A stretch of DNA of 64,000 bases from Mobula hypostoma. Its lineage: Eukaryota. A program made the translations under genes and the position numbers. The notes under the pieces were generated by a model that saw nothing but the letters and a program-made list of their open reading frames with translations, made no database searches and was not told where the DNA came from. Below are positions 26,676 through 38,400 of this stretch, piece after piece. The stretch is from NCBI RefSeq assembly GCF_963921235.1, contig NC_086107.1, positions 100,070,001 to 100,134,000 on the forward strand, given 5' to 3'. Positions within the stretch are counted from its first letter, which is position 1. Each line of letters begins with the position of its first letter.

Positions 26676-28120
26676 AAGGCAGCAGGTTCTGATGAATTTG
26701 TAATAGAACAAATTATCGCCCTTGAGGATTATGGAATTGAAAAACTTACTGATTTAATCAGTGACATTTATGAGACTGGAATATTACCAGAAGAGATGAA
26801 AAAAATCAGTATTTATCATTCTTCCTGGAGCAATAGAATGTGAATTACATAGGACCATAAGTTTAATGAGTCATATCACCAAGATACTTCTAAGAATTTT
26901 GATGACAAGAGCTAAAAGTAAGGTACAAGCTGAAATAGGTAAAGAACAATGTGGTTTTGTGAAAGACAAAGGTTCAAGAAATGCAATATTGATGTTAAGG
27001 ATACTATCAGAACGAGCTATTCAAATGCAAATGGTTTGTTTGTTTTATTGACTACACAAAAGCATTTGATAAAGTGAAGCACAATAAGTTATTTGAAATA
27101 TTACAGAAAACTCTAGATCTAGATTCGAAAGACCTCCACCTAATCAGAAATCTGTACTGGGAACAAACTGCTGCTGTAAGAATAAATGGAGAAGTGAGTC
27201 AGTTTACGAAAATCAAGAGAGGCATTAGACAAGGGTGTGTTTTCACCCCTGATTTGTTTAATGTGTACAGTGAAACAATATTACAAAAATAAGAGACATC
27301 TTGGGAATCAAAGTTGGCGGTGAAAACATCAATAATTTAAGATATGCAGATGACACTGTGTTAATTGCAAGTACGGAGGAAGAACTACAAAACTTAATTG
27401 ATATAGTTGTTGAAGAAAGTGCAAAGATGGGTCTACCTATCAATCGCAAAAAGACTGAATGTATGGTGATATCCAAAAAGGAGAATCCTATCTGCAGGCT
27501 GAGAATAAGCGGGGAAGACATAAAACAAGTACAGAACTTTTGCTACTTAGGAAGCTGGATGACATCAGATGGCAGGTGCGACATGGACATCAAAAGAAGA
27601 ATAGGGATGGCAAAAGACACCTGTACGATAATGAAGAGTATACTGACCAATAGTAAACTAGGCATGACAACCCGCTCAGAATACTGAAATGTTACGTTTA
27701 TCCAGTTATGTTATATGGCTCAGAATGTTGGACAATATCTAGGAACATGAGGAAACGAATTGAAGCAGCAGAGATGTGGTTTTTGAGGAGGATGCAAAGA
27801 ATATCATGGACGAAACGAATATCTAATGAAGATGTCATGAACAGAGCAAACACAAAAAGAGAACTAATGTATGAGATCATGAAAAGGCAACGTAACTTCA
27901 TTAGACATGTGATTAGGAAAGATGAGTTAGAATGCATGGTAATTATGGGAAAGATTGAAGGGAAAAAAGCAAGAGGAAGACAAAGACAGATGATGATGGA
28001 GACAGCAGCCAGAGAATTGGAAGTGAATACCAGTGAATTGATCCAGTTGACCCGAAACAGGAGTGTGTGGGCTACGCCAGTCAAAGCTCAAACTGGGCAC
28101 GGCACCTGATGATGATGATG
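26676..28120 (+). mobile_element. RTE-clade LINE, 5'-truncated, lightly decayed RT ORF
   Basis: Consecutive ORFs: RTISLMSHITKIL, QCGF...RNAI, KRGIRQGC, NNLRYADDTVLIA, LYGSECW, GKIEGKKARGR; (GAT)n tail; 9-bp TSD ATCTAAGAT at 26667-26675 and 28121-28129. Confidence 0.92.
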
Positions 28121-28344
28121 ATCTAAGATTTAAACAAAGAAATTTTATATGAACAAGTGAAGCATTATAGATGTAATACTACAATAACAGGTTAATCACA
28201 AGCACAATAATATTTACAAACTTCAGGTCTGACTGGCTAATGGTCTAGAATGTATTAAGATGTGAGATGCATTTATAGTTATGAGGTTCTATCCTTAGGA
28301 TATTGTATAAGTCTGTAATACCTTTGACTGAGAAATCAGGCTAA

Positions 28345-28722
28345 TCTTTCTTCATGTTCATGTCATGACATAGGTAATCATGGTTTTTCCATGACTTTGA
28401 TTGTTGGTTGCAATTATTTCTACAGAGGTGGTTTGCCATTGCCTTCTTGCGGGCAGTGTCCTTACGTGACTGATGACCCCAGCCATTATTAATACTCTTC
28501 AGAGATTGTCTGGGATCAGTGGTCACACAACCAGGACTTGTGATATGCACCAGCCACTCGTACAACCATCTACCACCTGCTCCCAGGGCTTCACATGACT
28601 CTGATTGGGAAGGGGGGGCTAAGCAGGTGCTACATCTTGCGCAAGGCTGACCTGCAGGCTAGTGGAGGGAAGGAGCACCTTATACCCCCTTTGGTAGAGA
28701 TGTATCTCCACCCCGCCACCCA
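28345..28722 (-). mobile_element. SINE with RTE-type 3' tail
   Basis: Minus-strand GAAGGCAATGGCAAACCAC, a motif typical of RTE/BovB-derived 3' ends. Confidence 0.55.
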
Positions 28723-28819
28723 AATCAGGCTATCATTTCTCCAAATAGCTCAAGGTTAAGCTCTGTTATAGTTTTGAATATACAGACCACAACTCCAGTT
28801 TGTTTTGATCTTTTTATTG

Positions 28820-29158
28820 TGGCATCTTCCCCCTTCCTTTTCAGACCTGAAAAAGGGCCTGCTGAGTTCCTCCAGCATTTTGTAGGTGTTGCTTTGGATT
28901 TCCAGCATCTACAGACTTTCTTGTGTTTCTGTTCTGAAGTGGTTAGGGTGTAACAGGAGAAACAGAAATTGGCATAGTATTTCACAATAAGTAAGGGGAA
29001 AACAATATTAGCCATAATTTCAAACAAGAGAAATCTGCAAGTGCTGGAAATCCAAGCAACACATGCAAAATGCTGGAGGAACCCAGCAGGCCAGGCAGCA
29101 TCTATGGAAAAGAATTAACAGTCGACATTTCAGGCCGAGACCCTTCATCAAGACTGGA
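28820..29158. mobile_element. Two Penelope pLTR fragments in opposite orientation (28820-28927 +, 29023-29158 -)
   Basis: GCTGAGTTCCTCCAGCATTTTG versus CAAAATGCTGGAGGAAC; ribozyme-like motif at 29120-29157 with mutated core (UUGAUGA). Confidence 0.75.
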
Positions 29159-29327
29159 ATAAATGTTTTTCCTTATTATTCAAAAACAATCCAATGTGCA
29201 TTCCAAGATACTTCACAGAAGCATTGTCATACAAAAAGAATGCTTTAGGAGAGGTCACCAAAAGCTTACTCATGGAAATGGGTTTTACGGTAAAATCAAA
29301 ATATTGCAGTTGCTAGGAATATTAAAT

Positions 29328-29642
29328 TATATGAGGAGAGGAGCGGAGTTAACGACATTATTGAACATGTCCGATATAAGCTGTTGGTCTAGCCCTGTTT
29401 TGTTTTTTTTCTTGGGGTTTATTTTTCTTTTTTTTCTTTTGGGGTTTTTTTTTGTTTATATATTTTTTTTCTTTTTATTTCTTTTTTAATGTTTAATCTC
29501 ATTATGAGTTTGGAAGTCTTTTATATCTATGTTACTTAAAATTCATTTTATATATGTTGATGAACATTTTTCCAATCTCTTTGTACCAACTTTGTTATTG
29601 AGTTTGTAATTTTGAAAAATTAATAAAAAGATTTAAAAAGAA
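29328..29642 (+). mobile_element. Short retroposed insertion, probably an L1 3'UTR
   Basis: 13-bp TSD AGGAATATTAAAT at 29315-29327 and 29643-29655; T-rich body; AATAAA and A-rich tail; interrupts a Penelope pLTR relic. Confidence 0.7.
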
Positions 29643-32604
29643 AGGAATATTAAATGAAACAGAAATTGCTGAAAATTCTCAGCAAGCCAGAAGGTAGCGG
29701 GGGGAGCGGGAGAGAGAGAGAGAGAGAAAATGAAAATGAAAATGCTTTTTGGCCATTTAACTCTTGCTGTAGGCTTCTTATTAAAAGGTGGTCAATTTGA
29801 AGTGTCATCTTTGGTTTCCTTGTTCCACAGATGTTAATGGAGGAATTTCCAAAGCCTAGGACCAGGCAGCAGATCACCGTTCAGACTGGCATATTTAGAA
29901 GCATCTCCAGGATGAAACTGATTGTTCAAAATTCCCTGTGGATGAAAATGATCTGTTGATACTCCCCATTGACAAGCAGATGCTTCATCGCTCTCTCTCT
30001 GGATGAAGAAGATGCATTGTAACTCCACAAAATTTAATTGTGTTTTAGTTGTCATGATTTAGTTGTTTTCAGTCATCCGTGTTTTCCAGAGGGGATTTCA
30101 GTTTTCAAACTGCAATTCTCTGCAGCCTGCTCTGTTTTTATAGTATGGTGCCAACTTCCCTAAACAACACATAATACGAAAAATACCACATCAAACCACC
30201 TACTCATTGAAGGAGAGAGAAAAATTGGCTGCAAAAAGGTGGAAATCCCAGCTCTGGTGCCTCTTTCAATACTCAGTACTACAGTGTGTAATTTTACTAC
30301 AAGCTCTACTATGATTCTAATATTCTGATAGAAAAACAGAAATGCTGGAATTATTAGCAAGCCAAGCCGAAGCTGTGGAGAAAGAAACATACTTAATGTT
30401 TCAGATTAATGACGTTGCATTAGTGCTAGGATCTTACTTGGTTTCTGTCTCATCAATGACACTCTCTTTGATCTTGCCAACCCTCTCTCCCAGAAACTTA
30501 AAACGTGTTCAGTTTCAAACTTTTTCCAGTAAGGTCATCAATTTAGAAGCCTCCTTAAAGAATGCAGCATTCCCACTGAATCTCTTAGGCTACTCCCTAG
30601 GATGACTTGCTCCTGTCTCGAGACTGAGGTTAATGTGCAAATCCAGACGCTTCAACATATGGGGATAGTCATTTGTGACGTGGCCTGTTCTTTCTGCCAC
30701 CTGAAGCATGATCTGAAAGTTCTCAGTTCCACTATGAATACTCATTCTCCACTTTGAGCAATAATGGACCAGAGATTCCCAGAAGGTAAAGGGTTGTTAT
30801 ATTTCTTCAAGGAGGCTATATAATTCTTTGCATAAGGTTATTTATCATAAATTACCTTTGCTGCACTGAGGCTAAGTCTGTGGCATTGGGCCTGCTCCAG
30901 GCTTTGTGTCTATGGACTCATTTTTGCTCTGAATGCAACTTTGCTTGTTTTTATTGTTGCACAATTTGTTTTTTTCTCTCTCTGCACATTGGGTGTTTGT
31001 TGGATTTTTTTAAATGGGTTCTTTTGGGTTTCTTGTTTTGTGGCTGCCTGTTAGGAGACGAATCTCAAGGTTGTATAATTTATACATACTTTGATAATAA
31101 ATGTACTTTAAGCTTTATTGCTAATAATAAACTCACACTAATGCAGAATGAGTTCTGTTTTGAAGCACAAGAGACTTCAGATGCTGGAATGTGGAGTAAC
31201 AAATAATTTGCTGCAAAAGCTCAGCAAATCAATTTAGACCTGAAATGTAAACAATTCCCTCCCCAACCCCCTGCAGATGTTCCTCCTTCAGATTGTTTAT
31301 ATCTTAAATTCCATTAGATGTCTTTATGCCCATTTAATTAATCCATTGTTGCAGCCAAGAGCTTTTATCTTAACCATACTGCCAACATTTTTAAAATCAC
31401 CAGCAAACTTCTTTAGTTTCCTCATTATTTAAGTCCAAATGTTTTGAGCTCTTTTGCTGGTCTTTTTCATTATTAATTATACAGCTGTTCATGGAATCTT
31501 TTCACATTATCTACTTAATTGTCCAACATCATTCTTGAAGCAGGACTGCAGACGCTGTATTTGAACCAATGTAATCTTACTTAACTGTCTATTACAGGCC
31601 GCTTTCACTATTCAACATATTTGTAGTCCAAAGTGGTAGCTTCTTTTAGTCGACACCTCATTCATAGGTTGTTTCTGGCATGTTCTTCTATATTCTGCAT
31701 TAAATATGGATTGGCAATAACTACAGACCAAAGGATGCCTCTGGCCATGGTAAAATATAATTCTGCTATTAATGACCTCCAGCAGCTGATTAATGCTCCG
31801 TTTTGAGCTGACTCTGCAGACCTGTTTCCACCAAGTTTGAGTAGCCATTTTGGAATTAATCTGCGGAGCTACACACAACTTGATATGACTTAAATGCTGC
31901 ATTTTTTCAAAAAGGAGATTACTGAACATCAATCAGGAATCTGGGTCTTAATTTATTTCCCCCTTTTACCCAAATACTGTGTAGCACTAGAAATGGTGTG
32001 CTTGTGGATAAATAATAGCTACGTCCTTTCACATTTTATGATTATTGTCTGGTTAAGTGACATTCCAATCATTTTTACCAGGATGATAACATTAATTAGG
32101 AACTGTTTATCAACAGCTTGTAAGTAGTTACTTGTTCAAAAGCAGTGAAAGGAATGGATTTTACATCATTGTGTTTGATAGGTTTACACTCATTATGTCA
32201 CAAAATGTATGCCAGAGAATGTAAACATGTCAACAAATGCTGCCATTGTGTTCTATTGGCTGTTTGGTCAATCACAATCTTAAACTGATGCTGTTGTTGC
32301 CAGTATACCTCTATAACAGCTGCTTAGCTAAGAGTTGGTAGACTAGAGTTTAAATGTTCTGTGAATTTTTATGAGCTACATGATTTTAAGCTTAAATTCA
32401 ACAGAGTTGCACAATATGAAATTAAATGCCTGGCTTCACCACATGATGAACCTCTGCATGGGCATGCAATGCCTGTATAATGTCGCTGCTGTGAGATTGG
32501 AATGTGAATATGTGCTGTAGAAATCTTGTTGGTGTCAACAAGAAAAGCTGGTGGTGTGCTGGGGAATTAGAAAACTTCTAACATGGTACCATTGTTTAAA
32601 ATAG

Positions 32605-33310
32605 AATTGGAATTGGTACAATGTAAATCATGTTTTGCATACTGTTCATATGGATCAGATCATTAGATGGTACACTGAGGAAGAACAAGGTAAAACAATA
32701 ACAGAACCCAGAATAAAGAGTAGCAGTTACAGAATAAGTGCAGTGCATGTAGGCAATAAAGTACAAGATCACAATGAAGAAGATTCAGAAGTCCAGAGTA
32801 TGTTTTATCGTACCAGGGAACCATTCAATAGTCCTATAACATTGAGGTAGAAGCTGTCCTTGAGCCTGGTGCTTTCAAGTTTTTGTATTTTCTGTATAAT
32901 AGGAGAGGGAAGAAGAGAGAATTTTGGGATGGGTGTGGTCTTTCATTATGCTGGCTGCTTTACTGAGGCAGTAAGAAATACAGACAGTCAATGGAGGAAG
33001 GGTTGGTTTCCATGATGTGCTGTGCAACACTCTGCAGTTTCTAATGGTCATGAGCAAAGCAGCTACCATTCCAAGCCGCAATGCATCCAGCTTGGACGCT
33101 TTCAATGGTAGAGTGATAAAAAATTATTAAGGGTCAACAGGGACATGCCAAGTTTCTTCAGAGGCTTTGGCGAGCTTTCTTGTCAATGGTGCCAATGTAG
33201 TTGGGCTAGACAATGTTATTGATGATGTTCACTCTTAGGAATTTGAAGCTCCCATCCTTTTCAACCACTGATGAAGACAGGAGCATTTGCTCTACCCCAC
33301 TTCCTGAAGT
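32605..33310 (-). mobile_element. Decayed Rex1/Babar fragment (resumes at about 34838-34895)
   Basis: ORF 32875-33105 CLSKAASIMKDHTHP; FNVSKTEEL remnant after the CR1 insertion. Confidence 0.7.
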
Positions 33311-33311
33311 A

Positions 33312-34830
33312 ATCCGTATCCAGTTTACAGAAGAGGAGGTGTTTGCTGGCCTGGGGTAAATTATGGCCTGACAAGGTTTTCCCTTGAATCTTGTGGGAGG
33401 GTAGCATAGAAATTGCAGGTGCCTTGACAGAGGTATTTAAAATATCATTAACCACAGGTGAGGTGCTGGAACACTGCAGGATAGCTAATGTTGTTTTGTT
33501 GTTCAAGAAAGACTAAGAATTAGCCAGAAAATTATAGATCAGTATGCCTGAAGTCATTAGTGGGTAAATTGTTGGAAGTTATTCTCAGGGACAGGATATA
33601 TACGAATTTGGATAGATAGGACCTGATTAGGGATCATCACCATGGCTTTGTTCATGGTACGTCATGTTTAACCAATCTTATTTTGAGGAAGTTACCAAGA
33701 GAGTTGATGAGGAAAGGCAGTGGCTGTTGTCAACATGGATTTTAGCAAGGCCTTTGACAAAGTCCCTCAGGGAGGCTGGTTCAGAAGGTTTGGTAGGCAT
33801 TCACGATGAAGGAGAAAATTGGATTCAACACTAGCTTAGCAGGGGAAGCCAGAGTGTAGTAGTAGATGGTTGCCTGTCTGACTGGAGACCTGTGACTCGA
33901 GGTATGCCACAGGGGTTGGTGTTTGGTACGTTATTATTTGTCATCTATATTAATGATTTGGATGAAAATGTGGTAAATGGGATCAGGAAATTTTCAGATG
34001 GCACCAAAATTGGTGGCACAGTGGGCAACGAGGAAGGCTATCAAATCTTCCAGTGGGTTCTGGATCACCTGAAAAAAATGGGCTGAAAAATTGTGATGGA
34101 ATTTAATGCAGGTAAGTGTGAGGTTTTGCACTTTGGGAGGTCAAACCAGGGTAGGACATACACAATGAATGGTAAGGCACTGAGAAAGGAATGCTGAAGA
34201 ACAAAGGAATCTGAGAAATAGATCATAATTTCTTCAAAATAGGCCTTAAGTGGACAGGTCAAAAAGAGAACTTTTGGCACACTGGTCTTCATTAATGAAA
34301 GTATTGAATACAGGAGTTGGATGTCATGTTGCAGTTTTATAAGACTTACCTACAGGAAAAATATCAATAAGATTTAAAGAGTATAGAGAAAATTTATAAG
34401 GATGTTGCTCGGAGTTGAGGACCTTAGTTATAGGGAAATAGGTTAGGGCTTTATTCCCTGGAGTATCAGAGAATGGAGCAGATTTGATAGAGGTTTACAA
34501 AATTAGAGGGGTATAGATAGGGTAAATGCAGGCAAGCTTTTTCACTGAGGTTGGGTGAGATAGAATTACAGGTCATAGGTTAAAGATGAAAGGTGGAATA
34601 TTTAAGGGAAACCTCTTCACTCAGGGTGATGCAAGTGTGGAATGAGCAGTCAGTGGAAGTGGTGGATGTGGGTTTGATTGCAACCTTTAAGAGAAGTTTG
34701 GGTAAGTATATGGATGGGTAGGCTATGAAGGGCTATGGTCTAGATGTGAATTGATGGACATAGGCAGAGTAACAGTTCAGCATAACCAGATGGACTGAAG
34801 GGTCTGTTTCTGTGCTGTAGTGCTTTATCA
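33312..34830 (+). mobile_element. Decayed CR1 LINE RT region
   Basis: DFSKAFDKVP remnant; ORF 33892-34086 GMPQGLVFG.LLFVIYINDLD...KFSDGTKIGG; CR1 3' end. Confidence 0.88.
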
Positions 34831-34929
34831 ATAATTCTGAGTCAGTGGCCAACTCTTCTGTTTTGCTGACATTGAAGGAAAGTTTGTTGTTGGCCACTTC
34901 TTCAAGCACCTCTGCTCCACCCACCAAAA

Positions 34930-35487
34930 GCTGAACCTCCTGGTGCCCAGACATTTTAATTCCAACTCCTATTCCTGTTCTGACATGTCGGTCCTTGGCC
35001 TCCTCTAGGGCCATGATGAGGTCACTCTCAGGGTGGCAGGGGGGAGCAACACCTTATATTCCATCTGGGTAGTCTCCTACCTGATGGCATGAGTATGATT
35101 TCTCCTTCCCTCCCTCTTCTCTTCTTCTATTCTCCACTCAGATCTCTTACTTCTTCTCACCTGCCTATCACCCCCCCCATGTTGCTCCTCCTCCCTCCCT
35201 TTCTCCTATGGCCCAATCTCCTAACAGATTCCTTCTTCTCTATCCCTTTACCTTTCCCACCCACCTGGCTTTGCCTATCACCTTCTAGATATCCTCCTTC
35301 CCTTCGTCTCACCCCCCCCACCTTTTTGTTCTGGCGTCTTCCCCCTTCCTTTCCAGTCCTGGGGGAGGGTCTTGGCTACAAGGTCGACTGCTCGTTCACT
35401 TCCGTGAATGCTGCTTGAACCTGCTGAGTTCCTCCTACCTGTTGTGTATATTGCTTTGGATTTCCAGCACCTGCAGAACTTCTTGTA
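34930..35487 (+). mobile_element. Decayed Penelope element 3' part
   Basis: GIY-YIG C-terminal remnant (GAGCAACACCTTATATTCCATCTGGGTAG), pyrimidine-rich spacer, pLTR. Confidence 0.75.
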
Positions 35488-36204
35488 TTACTAATAAGTC
35501 CAGTTCAGGTTGGCGCACTGCGGGAAGAATAGAATCAAAGAATGTGCAGAAGTTGTTTACAAGAATTTTGATTGGGTTGAAGAATTGTCATTGTGAGGAA
35601 CAACTGAGATTGTGGTGGTTTTATTTTGGACAAAGATGTCTGAGTGAAGATTAAATATTGATGTACAAAATCATGAGAAGCCGAAGCAGAGCTAACAGAA
35701 GATTTGTTTTCTTAATGGAAGGATTGAATACCTAGGAGAGTTGGCTTCAAATGGAAGGCTTATTAGGAAATTGAAAATGAGTGGTAGGAGACAGAAACTC
35801 TCAGCTCATTCAAAGCATATCTGGACCAGCACTTAGCTTGCTCGGGTTGAATAGATCTGGGATAAAATGGAAAATGATCGTAAAGGCTTAGGTTATGCTT
35901 AATGCTTAAAGATTATTGTCCTGAAACACTAACTCTTTCTTTATCTGTGAATGTTTTGTCATTTTTAATTTTTTTTTCTCGCATTTAAGCATCTACAATG
36001 TTTTGCTTTGGGATTGAGTTGTGCAGTGAAATGAATTAGTTCAGATTTTGGCTGTCATTGATATGAAGGCATGTGTGTTATATATTAAAAATATCACCCA
36101 ATTTATTGGTAAGTACAAAAGATTCTGTGGAAATCTTGAACAACATATGGAAAATGCTGGAGGAACTCAGTAAGCTAGGCAAAATCTATGGAGGGGAATA
36201 ATCA

Positions 36205-36962
36205 AAAACAACAGGAATTCTGCAGATGCTGGAAATTCAAGCAACATACATCAAAGTTGCTGGTGAACGCAGCAGGCCAAGCAGCATCTCTAGGAAGAGG
36301 TGCAGTCGACGTTTCAGGCCGAGACCCTTCGTCAGGACTAACTGAAGGAAGAGTGAGTAAGGGATTTGAAAGCTGGAGGGGGAGGGGGAGATGCAAAATG
36401 ATAGGAGAAGACAGGAGGGGGAGGGATAGAGCCGAGAGCTGGACAGCTGATAGGCAAAAGGGGATACGAGAGGATCATGGGACAGGAGGTCCGGGAAGAA
36501 AGACAAGGGGGGGGGTGACCCAGAGGATGGGCAAGAGGTATATTCAGAGGGACAGAGGGAGAAAAAGGAGAGTGAGAGAAAGAATGTGTGCATAAAAATG
36601 AGTAACAGATGGGGTACGAGGGGGAGGTGGGGCCTTAGCGGAAGTTAGAGAAGTCAATGTTCATGCCATCAGGTTGAAGGCTACCCAGACGGAATATAAG
36701 GTGTTGTTCCTCCAACCTGAGTGTGGCTTCATCTTTACAGTAGAGGAGGCCGTGGATAGACATGTCAGAATGGGAATGGGATGTGGAATTAAAATGTGTG
36801 GCCACTGGGAGATCCTGCTTTCTCTGGCGGACAGAGCGTAGATGTTCAGCAAAGCGGTCTCCCAGTCTGCGTCGGGTCTCACCAATATATAAAAGGCCAC
36901 ATCGGGAGCACCGGACGCAGTATATCACCCCAGTCGACTCACAGGTGAAGTGATGCCTCACC
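36205..36962 (-). mobile_element. Young 5'-truncated Penelope-like retroelement (GIY-YIG endonuclease C-terminus plus 3' pLTR)
   Basis: ORF 36635-36960: GVIYCVRCSRCGLLYIGETRRRLGDRFAEH...EQHLIFRLGSLQPDGMN. Identical 16-bp flanks TGGAGGGGAATAATCA at 36189-36204 and 36963-36978; CpGs retained. Confidence 0.9.
36304..36339 (-). ncRNA. Minimal type I hammerhead ribozyme motif in a Penelope-like element
   Basis: Minus strand reads AGUC-CUGACGA-A-GGGU(CUCG)GCCU-GAAA-C-GUC-GACU: stem I AGUC/GACU, conserved CUGANGA and GAAA boxes, stem II, palindromic ACGU stem III, GUC cleavage triplet. Confidence 0.75.
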
Positions 36963-37839
36963 TGGAGGGGAATAATCAGTTGACTCACACCTCTTCTCCT
37001 CACCGCCCATCGCCTCACTCAGGTTTCCCTCCTCCTTCCCTGTCTTCATTGGTCCACTGTCCTCTCCTAATAGAATCCTCCTCCTTCATCCCTTTACCCC
37101 TTTCAGCTATCCCCTGCTATTTTCTTACTTCATCCCACCTCCCCCTCACCTGGTCTCACCTATCACCTGCCAGCTTGTACTTCTCCCACCCCCACCTTCT
37201 TATTTTGACTTCTGCCCCCCCTTCTTTTCTGGTCTTGACGAAGGATCTTAGCCCGAAGCATCCACTCTTTATTCCCCTCCACAGATGCTGCCTAACTTGT
37301 AGAGTTCTTCCACCATTTTGTGTGTGTTACTCAATTTACTAATTCTGCTATCATCTTCTTTTGGCTGTTGCATTGCAAAGCTCTAGAATGCTTTACCCAA
37401 ACCGCTTTTTCTTTCCTTCAAAACATAACAAATCTTTTTATCTATCATCTGCCAATAATGTGGCATGCTGCCCTCTATTAATTGACCTGATACCTTCTGT
37501 TATATAGTTTGGTGCCTACAGTTGGCATCTTGGATTTTTTAAAATTACAGATACATTATGAATGGAAATTGTTCAAATCTGAGTAGCTGCAATATTTGCT
37601 GAGTTTCTAACATGCCATCATCGGAAAGCTTCCACGTCATTGTTATACAGCACAGGAACAGGCCCTTCGGCCCACCACGTCCATGCCGGCATTCAAGTAC
37701 CCATCTCTATCATGCTTATGTATTCCTTCATACCGAATAGAAAAGGTAAGTAGCTGATCTTGTCAAGACAACTCTTATCTCTTTTCCGCATGAAGGTGAT
37801 CCTTATTACGACTAAAGCAAGTCAGAAACTGCCTATAGC

Positions 37840-38400
37840 TTCATTTCGCGCAATCCTTCTCCTGCCGGCCAGCATTGGTTGGGCAAGCTGTCGCTCAAAT
37901 CCTGCGCCAAAAGCACTGCGGCACCGGTCGCTATCCGGGGGCCGCATCTGACGGATGCCAGCGAGCGCGGCGGACGTATTCCATTCGTCAGCAGCGCTGT
38001 CGCTCAAGTGGGCCGTCTTCCTACTGGGCAGCGTCCGGGCTGGCGCGGGACGTTGTCGGCAGGGCGGGGTTGGGCCGCTGAGCTGACGGCTGATGCGCGA
38101 GCTCCAGTGTGTGAGCCTGAGCTAGCGCGAGGCGGGCGGTGCGAGGGACGCCGAGCAGCGGAAGGCTTGAATTTTAGTTTTCTTGAAATAAAAATACACG
38201 ATTCATAAGCAAAATTCGCTGTTTTCACACCGCCTAATCCCACAGGGAGAGAGGGCATTGGAAAATCGCGTGGATCGCGGAGGTAAGAGGTAAAAATTAA
38301 TGTTTAAGTTTTCGGTCAGTTGAGGAGTAGTCGGAAAAGGGAGTGAAACCAGGAAAAGAATCAGACACCGGCTGGGCCGGCGCGCTCGCCACAGGCAACT
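37840..38400 (+). promoter_or_regulatory. myh9: CpG island, probable myh9 promoter
   Basis: Only non-repeat CpG-dense segment in the window. GC box GGGCGGGG 38062-38069; inverted CCAAT (ATTGG) 37874-37878; Inr-like TCCAGT 38103-38108; ETS-like CGGAAGT 38436-38442 and AP-1 TGAGTCA 38465-38471 just downstream; no TATA box. Confidence 0.8.
38106..38282 (+). other. myh9: Probable non-coding exon 1 (5'UTR) of myh9; start approximate
   Basis: Strong donor GAG|GTAAGA at 38282/38283; no ATG between 38106 and 38282; vertebrate MYH9 has a non-coding exon 1 and a long first intron. Implied intron 1 is 38283-55729. Confidence 0.65.

Larger units (their letters stand above)
36115..37330. mobile_element. 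Older fold-back Penelope-derived element hosting the young copy
   Basis: Left arm AAATGCTGGAGGAACTCAG is inverted relative to right arm CAGATGCTGCC...CATTTTGTGTGTGTT; decayed ribozyme motif near 37231-37265. Confidence 0.65.

Noticed and set aside
38186..38191. AATAAA inside candidate exon 1 as a terminator
   Set aside because: Too close to the presumed start site and followed by a strong splice donor; no supporting evidence of use
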